Below, in pieces: positions 23,925 to 32,000 of a DNA stretch of 32,000 bases. The position numbers and the translations under genes are program-made. This stretch comes from an uncultured Thiobacillus sp. Lineage in GTDB: Bacteria; Pseudomonadota; Gammaproteobacteria; Burkholderiales; Thiobacillaceae. The DNA lies in assembly GCA_964466195.1 (NCBI GenBank), contig CAYXMQ010000002.1, positions 140,401 through 172,400 of the forward strand, given 5' to 3'. Within the stretch, counting starts at the first letter, position 1. Each line of letters opens with the position of its first letter. The notes below the pieces were generated by a model. It had not been told where the DNA came from. It worked only from the letters and a program-made list of their open reading frames with translations, and did no database searches.

Positions 23925-25765
23925 TGTCCCTGCTGGACTCCATCACCTCCCCTGCCGACCTGAAACAGCTTGATCGAACGGCGCTCAAGGAACTCTGCGC
24001 CGAATTGCGCGCCTTCATCATCGACAGCGTGTCGCGCACCGGCGGCCATCTGGCCTCCAACCTGGGCGTCGTGGAACTCAGCGTGGCGCTGCATAGCGTG
24101 TTCGCCACGCCGGAAGACCGCATCGTCTGGGATGTCGGCCACCAGACCTACACCCACAAGATCTTGACCGGCCGCCGCGAGCGCATGCATACCTTGCGCC
24201 AGACCGACGGCTTGTCCGGTTTCACCAAGCGGGAAGAAAGCGAGTACGACGCCTTTATCGCCGGCCATTCCAGCACCTCGATCTCGGCCGCGCTCGGCAT
24301 GGCCGTGGCGGCGAAACTGAAGGGCGAGGACAGGCGCGTGGTGGCGGTCATCGGCGACGGGGCGATGACCGCCGGCATGGCATTCGAAGCGCTCAACAAC
24401 GCCGGCGCGATGGACGCCAACCTACTGGTCATTCTGAATGACAACGACATGTCGATCAGCGCCAACGTCGGCGCCCTCAACAGCTATCTCACCAAACTGC
24501 TTTCCGGCCGCTTCTACAACAACCTGCGCAGCCGCGGCGAACGCCTGCTGTCCAACCTGCCGCCGATACACGAACTGGCCAAGCGGGCGGAAGAACACAT
24601 CAAAGGCATGGTGACGCCGGGCACGCTGTTCGAGGAATTCGGCTTCAACTACCTGGGCCCGATCGACGGCCACGATCTGGATGCGCTGATCCCGACCTTG
24701 AGCAACATTCGCCAGCTCAAAGGCCCGCAGTTCCTGCATATCGTCACGCAAAAGGGCAAGGGTTACGAACTCGCCGAAGCCGATCCCTGCCTCTATCACG
24801 GCGTCAGCAAGTTCGAAATCAAGCAGGGCGTCTGCCCCAAAACCTCGAGCCGGCCCAGCTACACCGAAGTGTTCGGGCGCTGGCTGAACGACATGGCCGC
24901 AGCCGATGAACGTCTGGTCGGCATCACCCCGGCGATGTGCGAAGGCTCCGGCCTGAATGAATTCGCCGAACGCTTTCCGCAGCGCTATTTCGATGTCGGC
25001 ATCGCCGAACAGCATGCGCTCACCTTCGCCGCCGGCCTGGCCTGCGAAGGCCGCAAGCCGGTCGTGGCGATCTACTCGACCTTCCTGCAGCGCGCCTACG
25101 ACCAGTTGATCCACGACATCGCGCTGCAAAACCTGCCCGTACTGCTGGCGATCGACCGCGCCGGTTTGGTCGGCGCAGACGGTCCGACGCACGCAGGTGC
25201 GTTCGACCTGTCGTTCCTGCGCTGCATTCCCAACCTGCTGATTGCAACGCCGTCGAACGAAAACGAGTGCCGGCGACTCCTCACCACGGCTTTCCATTTT
25301 GATGGACCCAGCGCCGTGCGCTACCCGCGCGGCTGCGGGCCGGGCGTGGAAATCGAAACATCGCTGGAGGCCCTGCCGATCGGCAAGGGGGTCGTGCGCC
25401 GCCAAGGCAAGGGCGTTGCGCTGCTGGCCTTCGGCAGCGTCACCAGCGCCGCGATGCAAGTCGCTGAAACGCTCGACGCCACGCTGGCCGACATGCGCTT
25501 CGTCAAACCGATCGACCGCGAGCTGATCCACGAACTGGCGCAGCAGCATGACTATCTGGTCACGCTGGAAGAAAACGTGGTCATGGGCGGCGCCGGCTCG
25601 GCCGTTGCCGAAGTCCTCGCCGAGTTGAAGATCACGCTCCCGATCCTGCATCTGGGCCTGCCCGACCGCTTCGTCGAACACGGCGATCCCGCCGTGTTGC
25701 TGGCGCGTTGCGGGCTGGATGCCGCCGGCATCCTGGCCAGCGTGAAAAGATTCTTACCTGAGTAA
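23924..25765 (+). CDS. dxs: 1-deoxy-D-xylulose-5-phosphate synthase
   Basis: 613 aa with [31 protein letters not shown] and the ThDP motif [23 protein letters not shown] overlap with ispA. Confidence 0.96.
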   Translation: MSLLDSITSPADLKQLDRTALKELCAELRAFIIDSVSRTGGHLASNLGVVELSVALHSVFATPEDRIVWDVGHQTYTHKILTGRRERMHTLRQTDGLSGFTKREESEYDAFIAGHSSTSISAALGMAVAAKLKGEDRRVVAVIGDGAMTAGMAFEALNNAGAMDANLLVILNDNDMSISANVGALNSYLTKLLSGRFYNNLRSRGERLLSNLPPIHELAKRAEEHIKGMVTPGTLFEEFGFNYLGPIDGHDLDALIPTLSNIRQLKGPQFLHIVTQKGKGYELAEADPCLYHGVSKFEIKQGVCPKTSSRPSYTEVFGRWLNDMAAADERLVGITPAMCEGSGLNEFAERFPQRYFDVGIAEQHALTFAAGLACEGRKPVVAIYSTFLQRAYDQLIHDIALQNLPVLLAIDRAGLVGADGPTHAGAFDLSFLRCIPNLLIATPSNENECRRLLTTAFHFDGPSAVRYPRGCGPGVEIETSLEALPIGKGVVRRQGKGVALLAFGSVTSAAMQVAETLDATLADMRFVKPIDRELIHELAQQHDYLVTLEENVVMGGAGSAVAEVLAELKITLPILHLGLPDRFVEHGDPAVLLARCGLDAAGILASVKRFLPE

Positions 25766-25825
25766 TTTACTCAAGCATTAGCGACGGCTTATACTTGCGC
25801 CCATTACGCCAATAGGAAATCTGTC

Positions 25826-26662
25826 ATGAGCACTTGCGAAACGGTCTGTGAAACAGCCGCCCCGTGTCCGAAAGACCAAGCGATTCCCGATGTCCAGAAC
25901 TACGCGGACTCGCGCAATATCGCCATCGACAAGGTCGGCATCAAAGCCATCCGCCACCCGGTCAAGGTGCTCGACAAGACCGGCGGCGCCCAGCACACCA
26001 TCGCCAACTTCGGCATGTACGTGTACCTGCCGCACCATTTCAAAGGGACGCACATGTCCCGCTTCATCGAAATCCTGAACGGCAACGAGCGCGAGTTTTC
26101 CGTCGAATCGTTCGAACAGGTGCTCAGACTGATGGTGGTCAAGCTGGAAGCCGAATCCGGCCATATCGAAATGAACTTCCCCTACTTCGTCAACAAGACG
26201 GCGCCGGTCTCCGGGGTGGAAAGCCTGATGGACTATGACGTGACCTTCATCGGCGAAATCAAGAACGGCGAATATCTGCAAACCATGAAAGTCCTGGTGC
26301 CGTGCACCAGCCTGTGCCCGTGTTCGAAGAAAATTTCCCAGTACGGCGCCCACAACCAGCGCTCGCACGTCACCATCACGGCGCGCACCAACAGCTTCGT
26401 CTGGATCGAGGACATCATCAAGATCGCCGAAGAAAACGCCTCCAGCCAGCTCTACGGCTTGCTCAAGCGTCCGGATGAGAAGTTCGTCACCGAAAAGGCC
26501 TATGAAAACCCGAAGTTCGTCGAAGACCTGGTCCGCGACGTCGCTGCCGCACTGAACAAGGATGCACGCATCGACGCCTATGTGGTGGAAGCGGAAAACT
26601 TCGAGTCCATCCACAACCACAGTGCCTACGCGTTGATCGAACGCGACAAGCAAGCCGCCTGA
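25826..26662 (+). CDS. folE2: GTP cyclohydrolase I type 2 (FolE2/MptA family)
   Basis: 278 aa with [24 protein letters not shown] and the SIHNHSAYA motif typical of FolE2. Confidence 0.9.
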   Translation: MSTCETVCETAAPCPKDQAIPDVQNYADSRNIAIDKVGIKAIRHPVKVLDKTGGAQHTIANFGMYVYLPHHFKGTHMSRFIEILNGNEREFSVESFEQVLRLMVVKLEAESGHIEMNFPYFVNKTAPVSGVESLMDYDVTFIGEIKNGEYLQTMKVLVPCTSLCPCSKKISQYGAHNQRSHVTITARTNSFVWIEDIIKIAEENASSQLYGLLKRPDEKFVTEKAYENPKFVEDLVRDVAAALNKDARIDAYVVEAENFESIHNHSAYALIERDKQAA

Positions 26663-26668
26663 CGCAGG

Positions 26669-26705
26669 AAACGCGGCGCCACCCGCAACGGTGGCGCCGC
26701 GTTTT
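26669..26705. terminator. Bidirectional rho-independent terminator between convergent folE2 and protease genes
   Basis: AAACGCGGCGCCACC-CGCAAC-GGTGGCGCCGCGTTT (15-bp stem) with an A tract on the left and TTTT on the right. Confidence 0.8.
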
Positions 26706-26723
26706 CCGCCCTGTGGCCGGACC

Positions 26724-27374
26724 TCAATAGCGCTGGCTCAACGTCAGCCGGTCGCCTTCATTCTTCATATTGGTCCGTTTCAGGAAACTCATGCCCAACA
26801 GCGGCATGGCGAGTTGCGCATCGTCCAGGATGATGGCTTCGACCAGACCGGTGCTGACGCCGCCGACGCGGACCGAATTGAGCAACACCCGGCTGGCGCG
26901 GACGTGGCCGTTCGCGGTGGAAACCAGCAAGCTGCCGGCGTTATCCAGCGCCACGCCGGATCTGAGCGCCACGCTGCGCGGCAGCGCGACCATGCTGGCG
27001 CCGGTATCCACCAGGAAGCGCACCGCATGGCCGTTGACGGCGCCATTGGCCATGAACTGACCGCGGCCATCCGCCACGATCACCGCCACCGCCGCGGAGG
27101 CCGCGCCCGGCATATGGCCGAAGCCGATCTGCAGCGTGCGGCGCTTGCCGCCTTGCTCGATCACCACCTGCTGCCCATTCACAGCAATCAGCCGCACGCC
27201 GTGCAGGCTGTCGCCGACGGCCATGACTTTGGCGGGGCCGGAACCGATCGCGATCAACGCTTTCTCGCCAAGCACGCCGTTGACTGAGACGTTGCTCGCC
27301 GCAGCGTTCCAAGCGCTGAACGCAAGCAGGCATAATGCGGCACATACCGCCCATGATTGCGAGAACACATTCAT
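26724..27374 (-). CDS. Secreted retropepsin-like (TIGR02281-type) aspartic protease, chromosomal copy
   Basis: ORF 26724..27389(-). ATG 27374 gives signal-like MNVFSQSWAVCAALCLLAFSAWNAAAS. FLVDTGASMVAL, TANG and PLLGMSFL motifs are present. Confidence 0.8.
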   Translation of the reverse strand: MNVFSQSWAVCAALCLLAFSAWNAAASNVSVNGVLGEKALIAIGSGPAKVMAVGDSLHGVRLIAVNGQQVVIEQGGKRRTLQIGFGHMPGAASAAVAVIVADGRGQFMANGAVNGHAVRFLVDTGASMVALPRSVALRSGVALDNAGSLLVSTANGHVRASRVLLNSVRVGGVSTGLVEAIILDDAQLAMPLLGMSFLKRTNMKNEGDRLTLSQRY

Positions 27375-28083
27375 GCTACCGATTGCCATTTTTCGACATG
27401 CTCCCAGCGAAGGTGCCGGTCATTTTGCCAGCTTTCTCGAAAGCCGCTCGCGTCCCTGGCAGCTGATCGCCATCGACGCCGGCGATCCGGTGCCGGCCAG
27501 TCCGGCAGGCTATGCCGGCCTGGTGTTCATGGGCGGCCCGATGAGCGTCAACGACGACCTGCCCTGGATCGCACCCAGCCTGAATTTGATCCGCCAGGCG
27601 GTCGCCGCCGACATCCCGGTGCTGGGCCACTGCCTGGGCGGCCAGCTCATCGCCAAAGCCCTGGGCGGCGTCATCAGCCGCAATCCGGTCAAGGAAATCG
27701 GCTGGGGCGAGGTGCGCGTGGCGGACACGCCGCAAGCCCGCCGCTGGTTCGGCGACATCGATAACTTCCAGGCCTTCCATTGGCACGGCGAGACCTTCAG
27801 CCTGCCGCCCGGTGCCGAGTGCATTCTGGCCAACACGCATTGCGCCAACCAGGCTTACGTTTTTGCCGGCAAACATCTGGGCATGCAGTGCCATGTGGAA
27901 ATGACGCGCGAGATGATCGCGCACTGGTGCGCCCTCGGCGCCGAGGAAATCGCCGCCGCCGGCGACAGTCCGGCGGTGCAAAGCCCGGCGCAAATTGTGG
28001 CCGAGGCCGAACGGCAGCTTGCCGCGCTGAATCGGGTCGCGGACAACCTGTACTCACGTTGGCTCGAAGGCGTGGTCGATTGA
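27373..28083 (+). CDS. Class I glutamine amidotransferase-like protein (GMP synthase GATase-domain type)
   Basis: Within ORF 27136..28083. ATG 27373 gives MLPIAIFRHAPSEGAGHF.... Nucleophile elbow VLGHCLGGQLIA and HWHGETF are typical of GATase1. Confidence 0.8.
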   Translation: MLPIAIFRHAPSEGAGHFASFLESRSRPWQLIAIDAGDPVPASPAGYAGLVFMGGPMSVNDDLPWIAPSLNLIRQAVAADIPVLGHCLGGQLIAKALGGVISRNPVKEIGWGEVRVADTPQARRWFGDIDNFQAFHWHGETFSLPPGAECILANTHCANQAYVFAGKHLGMQCHVEMTREMIAHWCALGAEEIAAAGDSPAVQSPAQIVAEAERQLAALNRVADNLYSRWLEGVVD

Positions 28084-28418
28084 CCGATACGCGCTTGCCG
28101 CCGACTCCCTCGAGTGACGCCGAGAACGCCGCTGTCGACCGCATCAGTCTGCCGAATCTGCGCAGCCTGATCGGCTTGCGCGTACGCCATCAAGGCGCCC
28201 TCTGCATCATTCTCGAAGTACTGGAATCACCGCCTTCTCTGGTTCTGGAACCGCTGGCCGCCGGCCATGCAACGGCCAACAGCGCGGCCAACATCATGCC
28301 CAATCTGCATGGCCAGCCTGGCGAATACGGCATTGAACCGCGCATCGTGCAGGTTTTGACGGATGATCAAACCGGCCTCAACGATGCGCTGCTGGAACTC
28401 GACATTCTTGACCAGTAA
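28080..28418 (+). CDS. Possible small hypothetical protein (non-ATG start)
   Basis: The tail of ORF 27780..28418 that does not overlap the GATase. It has host-like GC3 but only TTG/CTG candidate starts (28080, 28095). No recognised family. Confidence 0.25.
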   Translation: MTDTRLPPTPSSDAENAAVDRISLPNLRSLIGLRVRHQGALCIILEVLESPPSLVLEPLAAGHATANSAANIMPNLHGQPGEYGIEPRIVQVLTDDQTGLNDALLELDILDQ

Positions 28419-28433
28419 GCGACCCGGGCGCGC

Positions 28434-29990
28434 ATGAAAATCCCCTCGTCCGCACTGGTTCCCGTCATTACCGGCTTCAGCGTCATGCTGTTACTGCTGC
28501 TGGCGGTCACCGCAATCGGCGTGACCCATATCCGCCTGCTCAGCAATCAGCTCACCGATATCGTTGCCGAGCGCAATCAGAAATCCGAATACGCCGCCAC
28601 CATGCACGCTCTGCAGGAGGCGCGCTTCCAGTCACTGATGCTGGCCAGCAGCCTGCAGGACGCCTTCGAGCGCGATGAGGAGTTGATGCGACTGGCCCAC
28701 ATGGCGCGCGAATTCATTCAGGTGCGCGATCGCTTTCTGGCGCTGCCGCTGGATGCCGCCGAGCTCGCGTTATGGGAAGACATGCGCAGCGAAGTCAGGC
28801 AAGTCGAGACGTATGTCAACCAGGTCACCGAACTGCTTCAGTCCGATCAGATGCCGCAGGCGCGCCATTACCTCAAGCAAAAACTCACTCCGCACCAGCA
28901 GCGCATGATGCAAGGCTGGGACAGGCTGCTGGACATGCAACGCGAGAAGAACATGCTCGCGCTGGAACAGGCGCATGCCGCACGCGACCGCGCGCTCCAC
29001 CTGTCGCTCGCGCTTTCCGCCACGGCGATGATCGTCGGCATCATCATCGCCGTCTTCGTGGTGCGTCTTAGCCGCCGTCTGGAAAAAGACCTGTTCGAGG
29101 AAAAGGAACGCGCCCAGATCACGCTGCAGGCCATCGGCGATGCCGTCGTGCGCTTCGACGAGCAATTGCTCACCCGTTATCTCAACCCGGTCGCCGAGCG
29201 TCTGGTCGGCTTGTCCTCGCGCGAAGCGATGGGCAAGCCCATCGATGCAGTCCTGCGCATGTTCGAGAAAGAAGGCGGCCGGGAAATCACTACCCGCATC
29301 AGTCAGGAATCCCTGCTCGGCACGCCTTGCGCATTGCCATCCGGCACGGTTTTGACCTCCGCTCGGGGCACGGAATTCGAAGTTGCCGGCGTTTGCTCAT
29401 CGATTCACACCCCGGGCGGCGATATCATCGGCGCTGTGCTGGTGCTGCGCGACGTGACCGAAGCGCGCGAAATGCAGCGCAAACTGCTCTGGCAAGCCAA
29501 TCACGACAGCCTCACCGGCTTGATCAATCGGCGCGAATTTGAAGAACGCGTCTCGCGCGCACTCAGCAGCAAACGCGCCGCCGAATTCCAGACTTCGATC
29601 CTGTTCATCGACCTCGACCGCTTCAAATATGTCAACGACACCGCCGGCCATGCCGCCGGCGACGAACTGTTGCGGCAACTCGGCAACCTGATGCAAACCC
29701 GCATGCGTGAGGCCGACCTGTTGGCACGGCTGGGCGGCGATGAGTTCGGCGTCATGCTGGCTTCGTGTCCGCCGACTGCGGCGGAGAAGATCGCCCGCTT
29801 GTTGCAGGAAAGCGTCGCAAGCTTCCGCTTTGACTGGCAAGGTCAAACCTATCAGGTCGGGGCCAGCATCGGCGTCGTTCACGTTCCGCCGCACTGGTCG
29901 AGCCTGGACGCATGCATGGCCGCCGCCGATGCGGCCTGTTACCAGGCCAAGCAAAACGGCCGCAACGAAATCGTGGTTCACCAGCAATGA
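28434..29990 (+). CDS. Sensor diguanylate cyclase (2 TM with helical sensor region, PAS, GGDEF)
   Basis: 518 aa. TM1 VPVITGFSVMLLLLLAVTAIGV and TM2 ATAMIVGIIIAVFVV. PAS-like ITLQAIGDAVVRFD...VLVLRDVTE. Active-site RLGGDEFGV with an RxxD I-site (READ) 5 residues upstream. Confidence 0.9.
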   Translation: MKIPSSALVPVITGFSVMLLLLLAVTAIGVTHIRLLSNQLTDIVAERNQKSEYAATMHALQEARFQSLMLASSLQDAFERDEELMRLAHMAREFIQVRDRFLALPLDAAELALWEDMRSEVRQVETYVNQVTELLQSDQMPQARHYLKQKLTPHQQRMMQGWDRLLDMQREKNMLALEQAHAARDRALHLSLALSATAMIVGIIIAVFVVRLSRRLEKDLFEEKERAQITLQAIGDAVVRFDEQLLTRYLNPVAERLVGLSSREAMGKPIDAVLRMFEKEGGREITTRISQESLLGTPCALPSGTVLTSARGTEFEVAGVCSSIHTPGGDIIGAVLVLRDVTEAREMQRKLLWQANHDSLTGLINRREFEERVSRALSSKRAAEFQTSILFIDLDRFKYVNDTAGHAAGDELLRQLGNLMQTRMREADLLARLGGDEFGVMLASCPPTAAEKIARLLQESVASFRFDWQGQTYQVGASIGVVHVPPHWSSLDACMAAADAACYQAKQNGRNEIVVHQQ

Positions 29991-30032
29991 GGACGCAGTC
30001 ATGGCGTTGACGACAAACAGGATGGCAGACTG

Positions 30033-30509
30033 ATGGACAAGTGGATGGAGCGACTCAAACCCCTGCTCGATGGCCTGGATACAGCCGGCGCTTGGTTCGG
30101 GCTGCTGGCATTGCGCCTGGTTCTGGCCAAGGAATTCTGGAACGCCGGACTAGCGAAATTGAATGGCCAGAACGGGTTTTTCGACATTCAGGCCCAGCTT
30201 CCATTCCCGTTCAGCATGCTGCCGCCGTCCTTCAGCTGGCAACTGGCCGCCGGCTGCGAGCTGCTCGGCGCACTGGCCTTGCTGTTGGGTCTGGGCACGC
30301 GCTTGTCCGCGCTTGCGCTGTCGATACTGACCCTGGTCGCCATCGCCGCCGTGCATGCCGGACACGGCGACACGATCAGCGGTTGGAAACTGCCGCTGAT
30401 CTATCTGGCGATGTTGCTGCCGCTGATCTTGTCCGGCCCCGGCAAACTCAGCATCGACCACGGGCTGCGCCGGCATTTCCTGCGCAGCCAGCGCCGGTTG
30501 TGGTCGTGA
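30033..30509 (+). CDS. DoxX family membrane protein
   Basis: 158 aa with four hydrophobic segments. LALRLVLAKEFWNAGLAKL is a typical DoxX N-terminus. Confidence 0.78.
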   Translation: MDKWMERLKPLLDGLDTAGAWFGLLALRLVLAKEFWNAGLAKLNGQNGFFDIQAQLPFPFSMLPPSFSWQLAAGCELLGALALLLGLGTRLSALALSILTLVAIAAVHAGHGDTISGWKLPLIYLAMLLPLILSGPGKLSIDHGLRRHFLRSQRRLWS

Positions 30510-30519
30510 GGGCCGGCGC

Positions 30520-31617
30520 ATGCACATCCTGGTAGGCGACATCGGCGGCACGCATACGCGCCTGGCACTGGCGCAGCTCTCAAGCCAATCGCCGGGCCGG
30601 CCCAAGGTTGACTTGGCCCCCGCAGGGGGCGGCTCGGGTTTTATCGAGCCGGGGGCACAGCGACCCCGCAGCCAGGTCAGGCTGCAGCAGGTGACGCGCT
30701 ACCACAATCGCGACTACCCGGATCTGAACACCATCCTGGCCGAGTACCTGGCGGACAAGGCCGCCTGTACGCTGTGCTGCCTCGCCGTCGCCGGCCCGAC
30801 GGACGGCCGCAGCGTGCAATTCACCAACCTGGCCTGGCAGATTGAAGTCGCGGCGCTGAGCGCGCGCTTCGGTTTTTCCCGCTGCCAGCTGATCAACGAC
30901 TTCGCCTCTGTCGGCTGGGGCCTGAATACGCTGACACCGGATGCGCTGGCCACCTTGCAAGCCGGCCAGCCGGCCGCCGGCGGCGCGCGTGGCGCGGCAG
31001 TTGCCTTAGGCGCCGGCACCGGGCTGGGCGTCAGCCTGTGCGCCTGGCGCGACGACCACTACCAACCGCTGGCGTCGGAAGGCGGCCATGTCGGTTTCGC
31101 GCCGGTCAACAGCGAACAGGATCGCCTGCTCAACTTCCTGCGCACATTGCATGGCCGGGTTTCGGTCGAGCGCATCCTGTCCGGCCCCGGCCTGGTCGAC
31201 CTGTTCCGCTTCTGCCTGGCCGAGGCCGGCCAGCGCGCAGCCAGCCCGCTGCTCGACGCCGCCCACCCGGCCGCTGCAATCAGCCAGTCCGGGCTGGAGC
31301 GGAGCGACCCGGCGGCTATGCACTGTCTACGCCTGTTTGCCGAAATCTACGGCCAGACCGCCGGCGACTGGGCGCTGGCGGCGCAAACCCGCGGCGGCAT
31401 CTTCCTGGCCGGCGGCATCGCGCCCAAACTGTTGCCGGTGCTGAACAGCGGCGCGTTCCTCGACGGCTTCAATGCCAAGGGCCGTTACAGCGGCTGGATG
31501 CGGCAGGTGCCGGTTGCGGTCATCCTCGACCCGGACATCGGCCTCAAGGGCGCGGCTTTTGCTGCGACCCATGCCGCCACCCTTGCCGCCGCCGGCGCGA
31601 AGGCTCAATCCGAGTAA
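30520..31617 (+). CDS. glk: Glucokinase (Glk family) with an N-terminal in-frame insertion
   Basis: LVGDIGGTHTRLAL, INDFASVGWG, LGAGTGLGVS, EGGHVGFAP, ERILSGPGLV and FLAGGIAPK match E. coli Glk blocks. Extra residues lie between the first two blocks. Confidence 0.88.
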   Translation: MHILVGDIGGTHTRLALAQLSSQSPGRPKVDLAPAGGGSGFIEPGAQRPRSQVRLQQVTRYHNRDYPDLNTILAEYLADKAACTLCCLAVAGPTDGRSVQFTNLAWQIEVAALSARFGFSRCQLINDFASVGWGLNTLTPDALATLQAGQPAAGGARGAAVALGAGTGLGVSLCAWRDDHYQPLASEGGHVGFAPVNSEQDRLLNFLRTLHGRVSVERILSGPGLVDLFRFCLAEAGQRAASPLLDAAHPAAAISQSGLERSDPAAMHCLRLFAEIYGQTAGDWALAAQTRGGIFLAGGIAPKLLPVLNSGAFLDGFNAKGRYSGWMRQVPVAVILDPDIGLKGAAFAATHAATLAAAGAKAQSE

Positions 31618-32000
31618 ATCGCCAACCCGGCGATGCGCGCCTCGATTGCCTCGATCATGCGCTGGTAGGCCGGCTGGCCGACGCCGCCGAAACGGCGCTG
31701 GAACTCGGCCTGCTTCATGAACTCGGGCAGATCGCGCACCGGCGGGAAGAAGGACTGGGCGTCGCGCACGCCGGCCAGGCGTTTCTGCACGTTCAGCGCC
31801 GACGCGCGTGAACGCGTGCTCGCCTCGCCCAGCCGCGAACCGGCGCGATCCGCCGCCAGATCGTTGAACGAGAAGCCGCTGCCACCCTCGGCATCCTTCA
31901 ATTCCTTGTACAAGCCGGCCAGGTCCGACAAGCGTTCGCCGCCGGTGGCGGCGAGAAAGGCGGACAAGGCGAAATGCTGGGCAAAATCCTGCCGGCCGGC
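31605..32000 (-). CDS. Hypothetical protein (C-terminal part; reading frame stays open to the right window edge)
   Basis: ORF 31605..31967(-) continues upstream in frame to position 32000. 13-nt convergent overlap with glk. No family recognised. Confidence 0.4.
   Translation of the reverse strand, partial: AGRQDFAQHFALSAFLAATGGERLSDLAGLYKELKDAEGGSGFSFNDLAADRAGSRLGEASTRSRASALNVQKRLAGVRDAQSFFPPVRDLPEFMKQAEFQRRFGGVGQPAYQRMIEAIEARIAGLAIYSD

Overview
High-GC (about 65% in the lines I counted) proteobacterial chromosome with housekeeping gene order: yebC-ruvC-(UbiA-like prenyltransferase)-ruvA-ruvB on the minus strand, a DUF853 NTPase plus methyltransferase, folB/plsY, and tsaD divergent from rpsU-yqeY-dnaG-rpoD. 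A tRNA(CAU) follows rpoD. After the accessory segment come xseB-ispA-dxs, folE2, a retropepsin-like protease, a GATase, a PAS-GGDEF cyclase, DoxX and glk. The accessory segment is a roughly 9.3 kb lower-GC element (13416-22747) inserted in the 3' half of the tRNA and bounded by a perfect 49-bp direct repeat. I read it as an integrated filamentous (inovirus, Pf-like) prophage. It carries a tyrosine integrase, a divergent repressor/excisionase-like switch, a gpII-type rolling-circle initiator and a 61-aa signal-peptide major coat protein. It also has pIII-like, pVI-like and Zot/pI-like genes and a highly structured non-coding region, but no secretin. The most unusual items are all inside the prophage. 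One is a very AT-rich membrane retropepsin-like aspartic protease translationally coupled to the integrase, with a chromosomal paralogue 12 kb away. Another is a 178-aa secreted protein whose C-terminal anchor mimics the major coat protein. The others are a roughly 230-bp compound inverted repeat with GGCTTTAT motifs and an antisense 93-aa cargo ORF. All functional calls rest on motif recognition by eye, since no database search was possible.
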